Shown: one piece after another, positions 9,900 to 22,937 of the stretch
Layout of the letters: the number at the start of each line of letters is the position of its first letter
How positions within the stretch are numbered: the first letter of the stretch is position 1
NCBI GenBank assembly: GCA_023231475.1
Contig: JALJEE010002031.1
Location: 1 to 53,890 of the forward strand
Length of the DNA stretch: 53,890 bases
Direction: 5' to 3'
Source: Seison nebaliae
Lineage: Eukaryota
Notes under the pieces: generated by a model
What the model saw: the letters and a program-made list of their open reading frames with translations, nothing else
Databases searched by the model: none
What the model was told of the DNA's origin: nothing
Made by a program: the position numbers and the translations under genes

Positions 9900-12800
9900 C
9901 AAATTTCAATTCATTCAATATATTCCTTCTCTAACACCATGTCATTAAAATGATTTATTTTTTATTATTTTCCCACAATTTACTATGCCCATACTCTCAA
10001 CTAATCTTTGGGAATATCTACTATTTCTACAGAATAACTGATAACATTTTCTGATCAATTTTTATACGAAATTTATTTGGTCGTCTTATTTAACAAAGTC
10101 ATCTGAGCCAACTCTGAATAGCTGACAAATGTCGAACTTTCTTTTTTTTAGTCAACATTTTTTTCTCCTTCCTCACATTTTTATATAAAATATTAATGAT
10201 GATCATTTTTTTTATATTTTTTGATTTTTAAACTGATCGAATCGTTTCATGTCGAATCACCTATCCATTTTCTAATATTATCATGTCCAGCTAGTCCTCA
10301 CATCTTTCTTTCTTACTCATACTCCGATATATTATAGCAAAGAGATATTACTGTACAAAGTGTATATTGTTACTGTTATAAAGATTGATTGTACAAAGTG
10401 TTACTTCTGTAAAAAGTAATGTAGATTTTTTTTTAATTTTAGATAATATTTTTCATTTTTTCTCATCAAATTTCATTCCCAACATCTAGTAGAACAAAGG
10501 AATTTGTCCACATATTCTTTTGGATAGAAACATCATTTTTTTCTCAAATATTTTACTTCTAACATTTTCTAACACTTCTTTTAAGAAAGAATAATTTTCC
10601 AAATCTATGAGAATGTGGAAATTATAAAATTTCCAATCTGATTTAATTCATTTTACTTCATTCACGAATCAATTATTCTTTTAATTTAAATAAAATTTCA
10701 ATATTCCATTCTTCTTCTCAATCGCTCGTTCATCATCATTATTTGACGTATCTGATTCTCATCAAAACCTATTTTCTCTGACTCATCTAATTTTTCGGAG
10801 ACTCCGAAAAGCATCAGTAGTCTTTTATACTACCACCCACAACAAGCTATTTCATAAATATTACTGGTTCTCACTTGTCAGAGAATATCACATTACTATG
10901 TTTTCTTATTATTTGTTGGTTCAGTAAGGATTCTAATCAAAAATATCATGGTTTCCCTTGCCCAGTTATCTCTTATACTTCTTATCATATTTTACGTTTA
11001 TAATTGTGAAGACTACTAAATATGAAGTATTGATGAAATCAAAGAATTGCATTACTTTTTCTATAATAATCGTAATATTGGTAGAAATATATGTAAGTAA
11101 TGACCTAGAAGTTGATTAATACTATTAATTTAATAGTAAATTCAGTGCGTGATAAAAGAATTATTAAAAGAAGAGGTTATGATGATTAAAACTATAAAAG
11201 AAAATGATGTTCAATAAAATGTTTGGAGACCCATCCACTAAAAATTCCAATAAAAGGTGAAAAATGTAAATTATTAATAAGTCGAGGTCAATTTTTTTCG
11301 TAATAGAAATTGAGTAAAATGAAACGCCGCCTCCAAATGATTCAGTAGAATTGTTGTATAAAGTATTGAATGAAATGGAAAGATTGTGTTAAGAACATTA
11401 ATATCATCTGGTATGAGAGCATTGCACTGATTTCGATGAATTTCTATGGATATTATTTCTTTCTCTCCTTCTCCGGACAGAATGAGATTAGTGGAAACAA
11501 ATCAGAACAAGTTCAAATGGAATGTTGATAAATAAATAAGAAAATTTCTGCTTACGTAAATTGGTGATTGGAATGGACATAATAGTGATAAATTTATGAA
11601 TTGAATAAAACGAAGAATGTTTAAAGAATGTTGACCATGTTCCTATAATTTCTTCCTGCACTGATACGTATCATAAAACAGGACGAGTCATATTCAGTGT
11701 TATTTATTTAATAAATTCCTGTTCCTCATCCGAACAAATAAGTGCACGAATGAGTTTCTATTGTGATTCTATTGAGTTTCATCATCATTTCATGAGAGGA
11801 ATATTTGTCGCTATATATTCAAACAACGATCTTCATTTGATGCATCTGATGTATTCAGAGATTCAATGAAATGATTTAATATTTCGTTATGTCGATCGAT
11901 GCATGTTTTGAGATGAAGGAGGAAAAATTGTTTTCATGAATAAGAGAAATTGTTTTCATTGAGTTACAAATAGGAAAATTAGTTTTAGAGCAGTACTACT
12001 TACGTAAACTTATCGAGAATGAGAAATTTGAAACATAATAGAAAAGAATTAACTTATTGTATTTTTGGATGAATATATTATGATTAGTACTTTGTTTCTC
12101 GTTGAACTTGAAAAACGATTGCTATTCATGATTTCCAATGCTTCTCCTTTTCTAATCATCCAGATGTGTTCCCCTTCAACAATGCACTTTAGTAATAACC
12201 TAATTCTTTAATACAAATTATGTTGAAGAAGGAACGATGAGATTATGAACTAATTTAGAGATACCTGAGATCATTCCCACCAATTATAAGGCAATTAGAA
12301 ATCAAATTATACCTTCGCAGAGGAATGAACCCAAACTTTTCTCTAAAGCCCCATAACGGAAATAATGCAGGTAGAATTTCTTATGTATGATGATGATGAT
12401 GGAACTACTTCCCTTTAAATGGTAGGTAGGATTTTAAACTATTTTGTTGTAAATAATGATGATACTGATGATGGTTGTGAAGATGATGAAATGGGAAATG
12501 AAATTGAAAAAAATAAATAGGAAATTTTAAAAGTAAACTTGTAGAACTGTATGCGGAAAAGATGAATGATGATCGGTTGATGGAAGAAAGGAAGAGAGAG
12601 GAAAGGTTGGTTAAGAACAGCGATTCAAATGATTTATGGATGACGATGATGTGGAGCATATTCCGTCTAATTACTGTTTTGCTTCGCAGCTGATGCCGAA
12701 TTGCTTCCTAGATATCTTGTAAGAGATGGATGATATGTATCAGACGAATGGTAAAGTAGTAGGTTGTCTAGTCAGACCGTAGTAGTAGTATTAGTCTTGT

Positions 12801-13486
12801 ACTAGGCTAATAGTAGTCTAATAGTAGTCTGTAGTGTGTAGTGGAAGATATTGTTTTCGGTTCAACATATTTCATTTTCATTTACTTTTTTGCGAGTTTA
12901 GATATCGAAATCGAATTCCTTCGTTCTAATTTGATTCCACTCAAATGATTAATCCATTATACATCATTTTTTTAGGGGGAACAAAAGAAAGATAACGATT
13001 TCTTAAGTTTCCTTCTTCCTGCATATGATCGACCATTAATTTAGTTTGAGAAATGTTAATCCACTCCCACTCGTACTACTATTGAATAGTTCGAATTGGG
13101 ATGAGGGTGTGTGCTTCAATTGATGTGCTAGTGGAGTATGGAAGTGCAACAGCCAATTTAGATGAATGTTATTGTCTACTATTGTCTGGAAATTGTTATT
13201 CATTTTCTCTCTCGAATATGTTATCGAATATTGTACCGTAAATGACATACAATCCATATATTCCAACTACTTGTCTTCGTTCGTCCAATTAGCTATTTAT
13301 TATTGTATAACTAAACATTTCCTATGATTATTGTCTATGGAATATTCCCTATTCTTTACAGAAATTTCTTTATCTCATGTTCCCATCGACTTAACCGCCA
13401 CAACCACAACAAACCACCATAACCCAGTTTCCAAAACTTTTCTCTTCGATGCAACTCTAGTCAGATTGTTCTACTCAAACCTTATA

Positions 13487-16400
13487 ATGAGAATGTTGAG
13501 TGGAAGGAAAGCCTACCGAAAGAGCAACACAACATTCCTTGATACTATAGCAACAAGATTCGACCAGACACGTTCAAATTTCAATTTCAATCCCGAAATC
13601 TCATATTTGTTAATGCTACTTTCCAGAAAGTAACTTCTTGTTAGCCAATGCGAAATATGCGAGAAAACAATATCCAATTGTTTATTGTTCAGATGGTTTC
13701 TGTGAATTGGTCGGTATGAAACGTACGAATCTTATGCTGAAAAGTTCACAATGTCGGTTAGTCACAATGTCCTTATTTCGATGAATACCTACGATTATTT
13801 TAATACAAGATTCTTATATGGACCGGAGACTGATAAAAGAAAGTTAAAATTGATTTCCAATGCTTTATCTTCGGCGAAAGAGGAACAACTATTCATCACA
13901 TTATACAAGAACACCGGTTCGTTTTTTTTGATTGACATTGTTGATCAGGATCAGGAATTAAGATAAATAATTAGACTTTAAAAAATATTTTTTGTTTATT
14001 ACATTTAATCTCATAACAACCGTCCGTCACTTAACCGTCAGTATGAAATTTTATTTAATGGAAAGAAATTTCTTCTCATTAGACTATTCAGATATGTCTG
14101 TTAATTTGCTTCAGATGAATATCAATTTAAGAATGTTTAGAAAGTTTTATTGAGGTTAATCGAGGTCAACCACAACATTAGCGCGCCCAAAATTTTCGTT
14201 TGCTCTCTGCTGAAAAAAGAAAGTGTGGAGTGGGTTGAGGTGTGGAAAGATATTTAGATAATAAAAAAGAAATTGTTTGCGGAATTAATTTCAGGTCAGA
14301 AAAGAGGATAGAGAATATTGAAGAGATTAGATAGATTATGTGAAGTTGGAGGAAAGCCTCACCACCCAATATGTTGCAGCGACTTATTGGAATTTGTGGT
14401 AAGGAGAAATTTGGAGGTGACACGTTCAACTCTTCAATAATAAGACATGTAAAGAGAAACATCTAGAATGATTTCGTTTAAAAAACAAATAAGACGAAAA
14501 TTATTTGTTACACAATGAATAGATGCTCCATTTTACGCCTTCGGCACCATCATCCGGAAATTATTTCATCAATTATCCATTTGTTACTTAAGTATTTATC
14601 TTCCAATTTCCTTTATATCGATAATCTATTAAATATTTCTCAGACATCGTCGCATAATAATGATCATGAGAAAAAGACACTAATAATTTTCAATTGAAAA
14701 AAAAGAAAGAATTTGAAAATATCTCCAATTTATTTTTAGGTGAAAAATTCTACTGTCTCTGGGACATTATACCAATACCAAATGATAATGATGACGTCTC
14801 TCTGATATTATGTAGTTTCAAAGAAGTATGTGATCTCATCGATGGAGAGGATATTGATCAAAGAAATAAAATACCAATTCTTACTACAATTAACTCAATT
14901 CATCGAAATAATTTCGAATCTTCAACTAATGGTTTATTTATTTACTCATCAATCCATTTTTGGAGTTATCCATGAAACTACTTTTGTCAATCTTTTTTTT
15001 CTTCTTTTTCTCCTTTTTCTTCTTCTTCCAAATCAAACAAACGCACCTTTTATTCATCGTATCTTCTTCATTTTCTTCCACCCTCACTATTTTCTTCAAA
15101 TGATCTTTCCATTCAATAGAGGAAATTGATCTTTCGTTTATTTGTCTGTGGGGACAGTGCAGGTCGATGCTTACGAACAACTTAATTTCTATCATATTTA
15201 CCCAATCTGTCTCGTTTTTCCTCTTCGGAAGTAACTTCTCACGATAATTAAAAGGACGATTTAATTGGAAAACCTTTTCTAAATTTCTTCTTTTTTTGCT
15301 CTTATAAAACGAACTTTTTATAATCAAATTAACAATTCTTCTAATTTCTCATCATAGAATTAACATCAATTATTTGTACAAGTCCGAATGAACATTCATG
15401 TTCATCATTAGTTTGGTCGAATAACACACTTCTACCATCCATCATCTCACCAAATAATTCAAGTTTCATCTTTTTATTAGTTCCATTGTATATTCCATAC
15501 ACTGGAATCCACATAAATTTGCTGTTTCTTTCCAAATATGTGTTCCACCATATTTCCAGCTACATTTCCCTACGAATCAAACCAATTGCATAACGGTTCT
15601 TTGAGAAATAACCGATGTTCAGCAAATAACCGAGCACAGACTGCATCACTTCCGCTTTCAACTAATCTTCCAACATATTCTGCGGTAGTGAATCATCGCA
15701 GATATTATACGATGAACACAAATATGAGGAAATTATCTTCCATTCGCAATACTCGCAGCAATGGTACAACAGATATCAAAAATGATTTGGATAATAAATT
15801 ACATCAACGAAGACGAAGTCGTGCCGTTTTATATTCATTATCCGACGAATATGAATTGAAAAAACATCATACTCACTCCATCCCAAGAAATAATATTAAA
15901 AAAATGTCCATCCATTCGATTAAACCGAAAAGGAATAATTCTCTCATATCACACGATATTGCTCTTCTACCTAGTTCTTCGAAATTAAGAAATCAGATAA
16001 ATGAAGATCATATTCATCAACAATCAAATAATTTGATGGATAGAAATATGAAAAGGAAAATTTTAGATCGTTTCCAATTTTTAAAGATCTTCCCACAACA
16101 ACAACAACCACAACATCAACAACAACAACTTCTATCTCAAAAACGAATTCGGAAGAATAATTTGATATCTCAATTTTCCACTTTATTCAGAAGAGATCAT
16201 CATATGATTAAATCAGAAAAACTTATATCATCTGATATCGAATCTAATAATCGCACCCAGAAAATCCCATTAAAAGTTTTTATTTTGTAAATTTTATTGT
16301 TTTCTAACTCCTCTTTTAGAATGGCAACGGTTTATGCACATCTCATATAAAGAGAAAGACTTCCGTCACCAGTGTTACCGCTTCCAAATACTTAATTCGA

Positions 16401-19400
16401 CAACATGAAACATTCAAGAAGTTTTGGGATGCAATTTTAATAATTGCAACAATATATGTCTCAATAATCGTGCCATTAGACGCTGCTTTTATGAACACAA
16501 AGACATTTCTTTATCCAATAGATTTAATATCTGAATCTCTATTCATTTGTGGTTTCGTTTATTCAATCATTTTCTAATGCTTTTAATTATGTTGTAGATG
16601 TTTTCATCAACTTTTTCACGACCTATGTCAATAAGACTGGTGAGATTGTTACTTCACATCGATTAATCGCACTTCGATATCTAAAATCCTGGTTTTTCAT
16701 TGATACTATCGCTGCAATTCCACTAGATATCTTCTATTATGTTTGTGGAAATTTAACAGTTAGTAAATGAATTTGAGGAACATCTTATACATAATTAATA
16801 TCAATGACATTTCAGGTTCAAGTAGCTAGAATATTGAAATTACTTCGATTGGTAAGATTGGCACATTTCTACCAATTACTCGACACTGGTGCTATGTTAG
16901 GTTGGCCTATGTTGGTGGCATTAGTGGGTGTTGTGTTAATGTTGGCACATTGGTTAGCATGCATATGGTGTGTGATTGGAACTCAAGAAATATCGTATAG
17001 AACAAACAATTTGTTTTACGAAACAGGTTAACATCGTTTTCAGTCATTTCTTAACTTCATCTCATTCTTAGCATGGATCAATACTTTGAAATCGAAATTG
17101 AGTTTTTCATCAAAGAACATGACCACCGTGCCTGTTGAAACCAAATATATAACAGCACTCTATTTCACTTGTAGTTCATTGACTTCGGTTGGATATGGGA
17201 ACATTTCTGCTAATACCAACAAGGAACAAATATTTGCCATTATTGCCATGATTCTCGGAGGTATTTCTTTTTCTAGCTATTTTAATTCTATTAAAATCAT
17301 TTTCAATTTAAGCATTACTTAATGCGATTGTTTTCGGAAATATTACTGCAATTATTCAACAATTGTATAGTCGAAGAACTGCATTCCATTCAAGAATAAG
17401 AGATCTTCATGATTTCTGGGAGATTCATCATTTACCCAAAGAACTTCAACAAAAGATGCATGATATTCTGGAAAATACTTGGAATAACAATCGTGGTATT
17501 GATCCTGATAACGTTATCTTGCCTCTTATTCCTAATTATAAATTTGAAAACTTTTTCAATGTTTCAAGATTCTAAAAGACTTTCCAAGAGATCTCCAAAA
17601 TGAAATTCAAATGCATCTCAACAAAGAATTTTTGGCACTTCCAATATTTCGTGAAGCATCTGTGGGTTGTCTAAAAAGTTTAGCTAAACATGTGATGCAA
17701 ATGATTTGCTTACCTGATAATTACCTGTTACATGCCGGTGATCCCATTGAACAATTTTATTATATACTCAATGGAAGTTTAGAAGTCATCAGAGATAATC
17801 AGATCATTGCCATTTTGGGCAAAGGTGACATTTTAGGGACAGATATCGACGAGTATATGCAATTCAGTTTATGTCCAAGTTTAGTGGAAACTCCAAAAGC
17901 CAGTGGAGATGTTCGTCCAATAACTTATTGTGAAATGAATTGTTTGAATTTAAAAGGTTTATATCTTTCTTGTGGAAATTGTGGAAATTAAATTATTTAC
18001 TATCAATAAAGGATTATTGGAAGTGAGTAATGTTTATCCAGAATTTGGTGAGGATTTCGCTCGTGAAATTCACAATGAATTAAGTTTTAATTTGAGGGAA
18101 GGATGTGATGTTTATGAGCATGACATCGAACAACAGGAAACACCAAAACTAATGAAAAAAGAAGAGAACAATATAATAGAATCAAAAAAATTGAATATAA
18201 TCAATGAAGATAATGAAGATGAAGAAATGGATAAGAAGTTTTCGGGAACAAATGACAACATTCGAGAAAATTCCAATTTATATAGATCGTCAATGATAAA
18301 AAGTGAAACGGAAATCTCTATTGAAAAGAAATGTCCCATTTCCCTTCCACTAACTCAGTCTTTACCGATATCGATGAGAAATCTGATAGAGAACAATGGT
18401 TATGTAGTGAATAATAGAAAAATGTCTCAGAATTCAAATAATCTAACAAATAATCTGATGAGTACGATAAGTCTCATGCCAGCTGGTTCGAACGATACGT
18501 TTTCTATGTCTGGTGCCTATAGTATCAATGAAGATGGTGATTCCATGAATCATATGAATAATGGAAGTGCGTTAACCAGTGGTCGGACATCACCTTTATT
18601 CACGACAAATGCCAATTGGAAATTTCAAAAAAATTCTCCGTCAAATAATGTGAAAAATCGAAATCAATTGGAAATCCCAAAGAAACAGCCAACAGCATCA
18701 ACGAAACAGAAAAGGAAACGATTGAATGAAAAATCAACAAATTATTCAGATGATAATTCGACGGATATTTCTTGCACATCCACTTTATCTCGCAATGTTC
18801 ATAAAATCGATAATATTCAATCTCCGAATGCTTACACTAGAAATTGGTTTTCAAAAAAAAGAAAAAGAGCCGCAACTATCGGACCATTAATCGAATGTAA
18901 AAAGTTGCCTTTCAAGAAGAATCGTTCCCATTCATTGACCTATTGTTTATGTGGCAACACTACAACGCCATTGACTAACTCGTCGTTATCATGGTCTAAT
19001 CAAATAGATTTTAAATTAAACAGTAAAAAAAGTAATTTGTCTTCTGATAATGACACTGGAAATTGTTCGATTGGTACTGGAACTTCTTTCATATTGAATC
19101 CGCCATCTTCACAATGTCAATTGAATAAGGACGATAAAATAACTTATCGTCGTCCTAATGGAATTTTATGTCCATTACCTTTAATTAAAGTTCATCATCC
19201 ATCATTTGATAGTGAATCAGCATTGATGAATTTGACTGAAGAACATAAGTCGACAAAGAAATCAGATAGTTCTCAATCATTCAATGGCAGCGATAGTGTT
19301 TGTTTATCAGATCATGATTATTTTAGTGATTGCGTCCCCATCACCAACCCCTCGTCAAATGACAATAAAGTTTATCTTTCTTCATAATAATTTCTTGTAA

Positions 19401-20444
19401 AATTTTCTCTTTTATTAGAAAGTGACAGAAGTTGTGAGTGACAATGAAGCGTTATTAGGTGATTTACAGAAAAGGTCAAAAAATCTCAATTCTACAAATC
19501 GAATACATAATGGTAACACATCGCTCTCGTCCAACGCAATCACATCTGAAATGAGCACAAGTAAATCATCTCAATTACAGAAATTAAGATCGACCGTTAT
19601 GAGTGCTGTGGTATTCAGTCGAACAAAGAATGTGAAAAAACAACATACAATTAATCATACGAATCATCATCCTCAGAATAATCATCAAAACAACACTAAC
19701 AACACTAACATAAGTTCTCGAAAGGATGAAATGAAGAGATCGAGTTTCAAGTTGAAAGATCGGAATATGAAACCGAAAGGTTTGAAATTAGAAAGGAAAT
19801 ATTCGAATTCCGTAAATTTATTAGATCGAAAGAAAACTTATCATAACGACAAGATGAACGAGACAAATAATGATTATTCGATGACCGACTGTACTTCACC
19901 TCGACGATTTAGTGAACAAATAATTAGTAATCAAATGAAACAACAATTAGTAAAATCATTCGCTTCCAGATATTCCGTTCAGAATCCTAATTCAATTAAC
20001 CAGAATAAAGATTCATCTTCACCATCATCAGATGGAAGAAATTCACTTCCAACATCCAATTTGGATGAAACCAGTAAAATAATTAATAGAAGTTGTTGCA
20101 ATTTCAACGCCAAAGTTAATACGTTGAATTGTAATGGCAATACTTTAGCAACAAGTTCCACATCGTCCAACACATCAAATAATGGAGTTGGTCTAAGAAA
20201 AAGATCACCATTTCAAAATCAGGATAAGCTCCTTATGCAAGCTATTGCTGCAACTGTCTATCAAGCGATATCTGACCATTTCCAAGGAAATACTCTTGTT
20301 ACTCAACCACCTCCTCCCACCAATGATAAACGAGAAACTCATCCGTCACAATTGATCGAAGAACAAATGAATAATAATACGAAACGAATTGAAGAAATCT
20401 CGAATAAATTGGAACGAATGATTAAACATTTAAACGTTCCATAA
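13487..20444 (+). CDS. elk: ELK-subfamily KCNH voltage-gated K+ channel (PAS, S1-S6, CNBHD, long C-tail), ~14 exons
   Basis: [11 protein letters not shown] and [21 protein letters not shown] (eag PAS), [32 protein letters not shown] pore, [13 protein letters not shown] and [13 protein letters not shown]. Introns include 13572-13626, 13757-13809, 13917-14739, 16276-16319, 16552-16597, 16759-16815, 17027-17071, 17261-17312, 17513-17568, 17957-18011, 19370-19418. Exons at ~14.9-15.6 kb are less certain. Confidence 0.93.
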
Positions 20445-20594
20445 TTGCCAAATAAGTTAAAGGGAAATTGAAGAGATTTTATTTTTGATCGATAAAATTG
20501 TAAAAGAATATATTTATGATTCATTTTATATCTTTGTTTGATGCAGAAATCTCCATATAATATTTTTCATCCATTTCATCAAATGAATTCATCA

Positions 20595-22683
20595 TTAAGA
20601 CAATTCCACCTGCGCTCCGAAATCGTCTGTTTCCACAGTTCTTGCACGTTCAATCCATTGTTTTATTGCACCGGCTAATTCGAGATCAACTTGTTCGAAG
20701 TTAGACATTTGTCGTTTGATTATAAATTGTTGTGCATGTTGAAGATGATTTGCAAATTCTCTGGCTAACATCTCTCGTTGTTCCACATTTAATACCTAAA
20801 ACATCGAACATAAATAATCGAATACAATTAAGAATTAGGTCTCCTCAATTGAAATGAACGAACATGTCGATAAAATATTTTCGCTTGGTAATAAAAGTCA
20901 ACGGTTTTGTAACCAACTCGTCGGACTTCTCCATTTGCACGATAAGGTATATCGCTATGATTGACGGCAACTGCTGCTCCATGGAAACTGTTCGGATAAT
21001 AGACGGGACAACCAACTAACATTATTAGAATGAATGAAAAAATGAGCATAGTAAAATTAAAATAAACCTTGATTGTTATAACACATCGGACCGTCACGCT
21101 GATTGTTAGTCACATGATGAACAGGACGATTAATAGGCAATTGTTGATAATTAGGACCGATACGATGACGTTGTGCTTGAGAATAAGCGAGTGCTCGACC
21201 CTAACCGAGAAAATAAGATTGAAATTCAAACAAAAATGTTCAGATACAATGACGAACATGTAACATTCGATCGACACCGAGTTCAATCCCAGGAATAACA
21301 TTAGCTGGTGAGAATGCCATTTGTTCCGTTTCCACAAAATGATTATTTACATTTCGCTCCAAAATTAGTTGACCTATCTCCTTTAACGGATATTCGTAGT
21401 GAGGCCAAACCTAATTAAAATAATTATTTTTCTTTATCTAATTATTATAAACCTGAACGATGTCCAAAGGATTTACTTCACTATTTTGCATTTCATCCGA
21501 ATTCATAATCTGGACATAAACTGTCCAAGAAACTTGTTCTCCAACAGCTAATCGTTCATACAATGAACGACTATGATAATCAGGATCAATAGCAGCAATA
21601 CGTTTCGCATCTTGTGGACTGAGATTTTTAATATCATGATTCGTCTACCCAAAATCGTTGTTCAATAATCAAATGAATTAAAATGAAGAGACCAACATGA
21701 AAGGTGAATCTCACATAGAAGATCTCGTTGTCAATGTTGACGAATTTATACGTGTGGACAGAATAAGCATTCATGTATTGGTATCCTAACGGTATTCCGC
21801 GACTCGTAAATTTCATCATCAACTAATGTGAAATGGTAAAGGATGGGAAATTAATTAATAGAACCAAATGAATAGATTCAGGTGTTAAGGAGAAAAAATC
21901 CCAAAACATATCGGGATCGTACATATTAGTAACAGGGTTCCTTCGACAGGCATGTACCAGACTAGGATACTAAGTCGGAAAAATGTTATTAATTATCATC
22001 ATAATGTCATCTCTAAACCATTAGTGGATCGCGAATGTAAAATACTGGGAAGTTTGAACAAACCAAATCCCAATTTCCACATTCCGTATAAAATTTGACG
22101 GCTAAACCGCGAACATCACGAACGGTATCACATGAACCTTTTTCACTATCTTTGAAAATTAGTGAAGTTAAATTTGAAGTTTTATTAGAAATAACTCATT
22201 CGAGATAGCCGCACTGCAACCGGTGTTCTCTTACCAACATGTTCTAATAATTTATTTTTCCATATCTGATCTAACGTATTCGTACACTCGAAATAACCAT
22301 AAGCACCTGTTAAGGTGAAGAAATATTTCTAAATTTCCTCTCAAAAGTTTAACCTATTCCTTTTCCATGAGTTACTCGCTCTGGTGTTCTCTCACAAGTA
22401 AACTTACCTAATTCTTCATTTAAGACGACATCCTGAGCTAGCAATGGACCACTGACTCCTACGGTTAGACTATTTGTTTTATTTGGAATGGGTGCACCAT
22501 TATTCAATGTCATGGCAATTGGCTGAAATTAAGTTTTGATGAAAATTTCTTCTTAAACTATTAGAGAATGTTAAAGAAAACATCATTGTTCGAACGGAAA
22601 TCCTGAAGTTGATTACATGCGATGCCTCGATTCTCCAATTTATGGATTTCGATATCAGTAAAATCACCTTGTTCGGCTGCCAT
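20595..22683 (-). CDS. heme catalase-family protein, divergent, 11 exons
   Basis: Spliced translation includes [119 protein letters not shown] and YYPNSF; 10 short GTT..AG introns. Confidence 0.93.
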
Positions 22684-22937
22684 TATTTTTACGAGTGTGC
22701 TAAAGGACTATTGTTCAGAATAACACAACGTTTGTAATTTAATTGAGGAATAAATATTTGAATAAATTGCTAGTCAAGATGATCGTCATCTCTAATTCAG
22801 TTAATCCCAGATACACAGTAGGCTGTTGTAAATTTTGATAAATCTTCTAAAAATTTTAATTTGTAGCTTATACTTCAAACAACAACAGTTGAGAATTGTT
22901 AAATTTAAGGAAGTCATTTGAAATTTGTGAAAATAAA

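Noticed and set aside
12752..12773. 18/22 match to let-7 (TAAAGTAGTAGGTTGTCTAGTC)
   Set aside because: The seed differs, there is no complementary arm for a pre-miRNA hairpin, and it sits in a GTA-rich low-complexity tract.
10700..13330. Possible micro-exon gene on the minus strand (fragments such as MLFGVSEKLDESEKIGFDENQ and LLLKCIVEGEHIWMIRKGE)
   Set aside because: No consistent spliced frame or recognisable domain could be built; may be KCNH upstream or UTR sequence.
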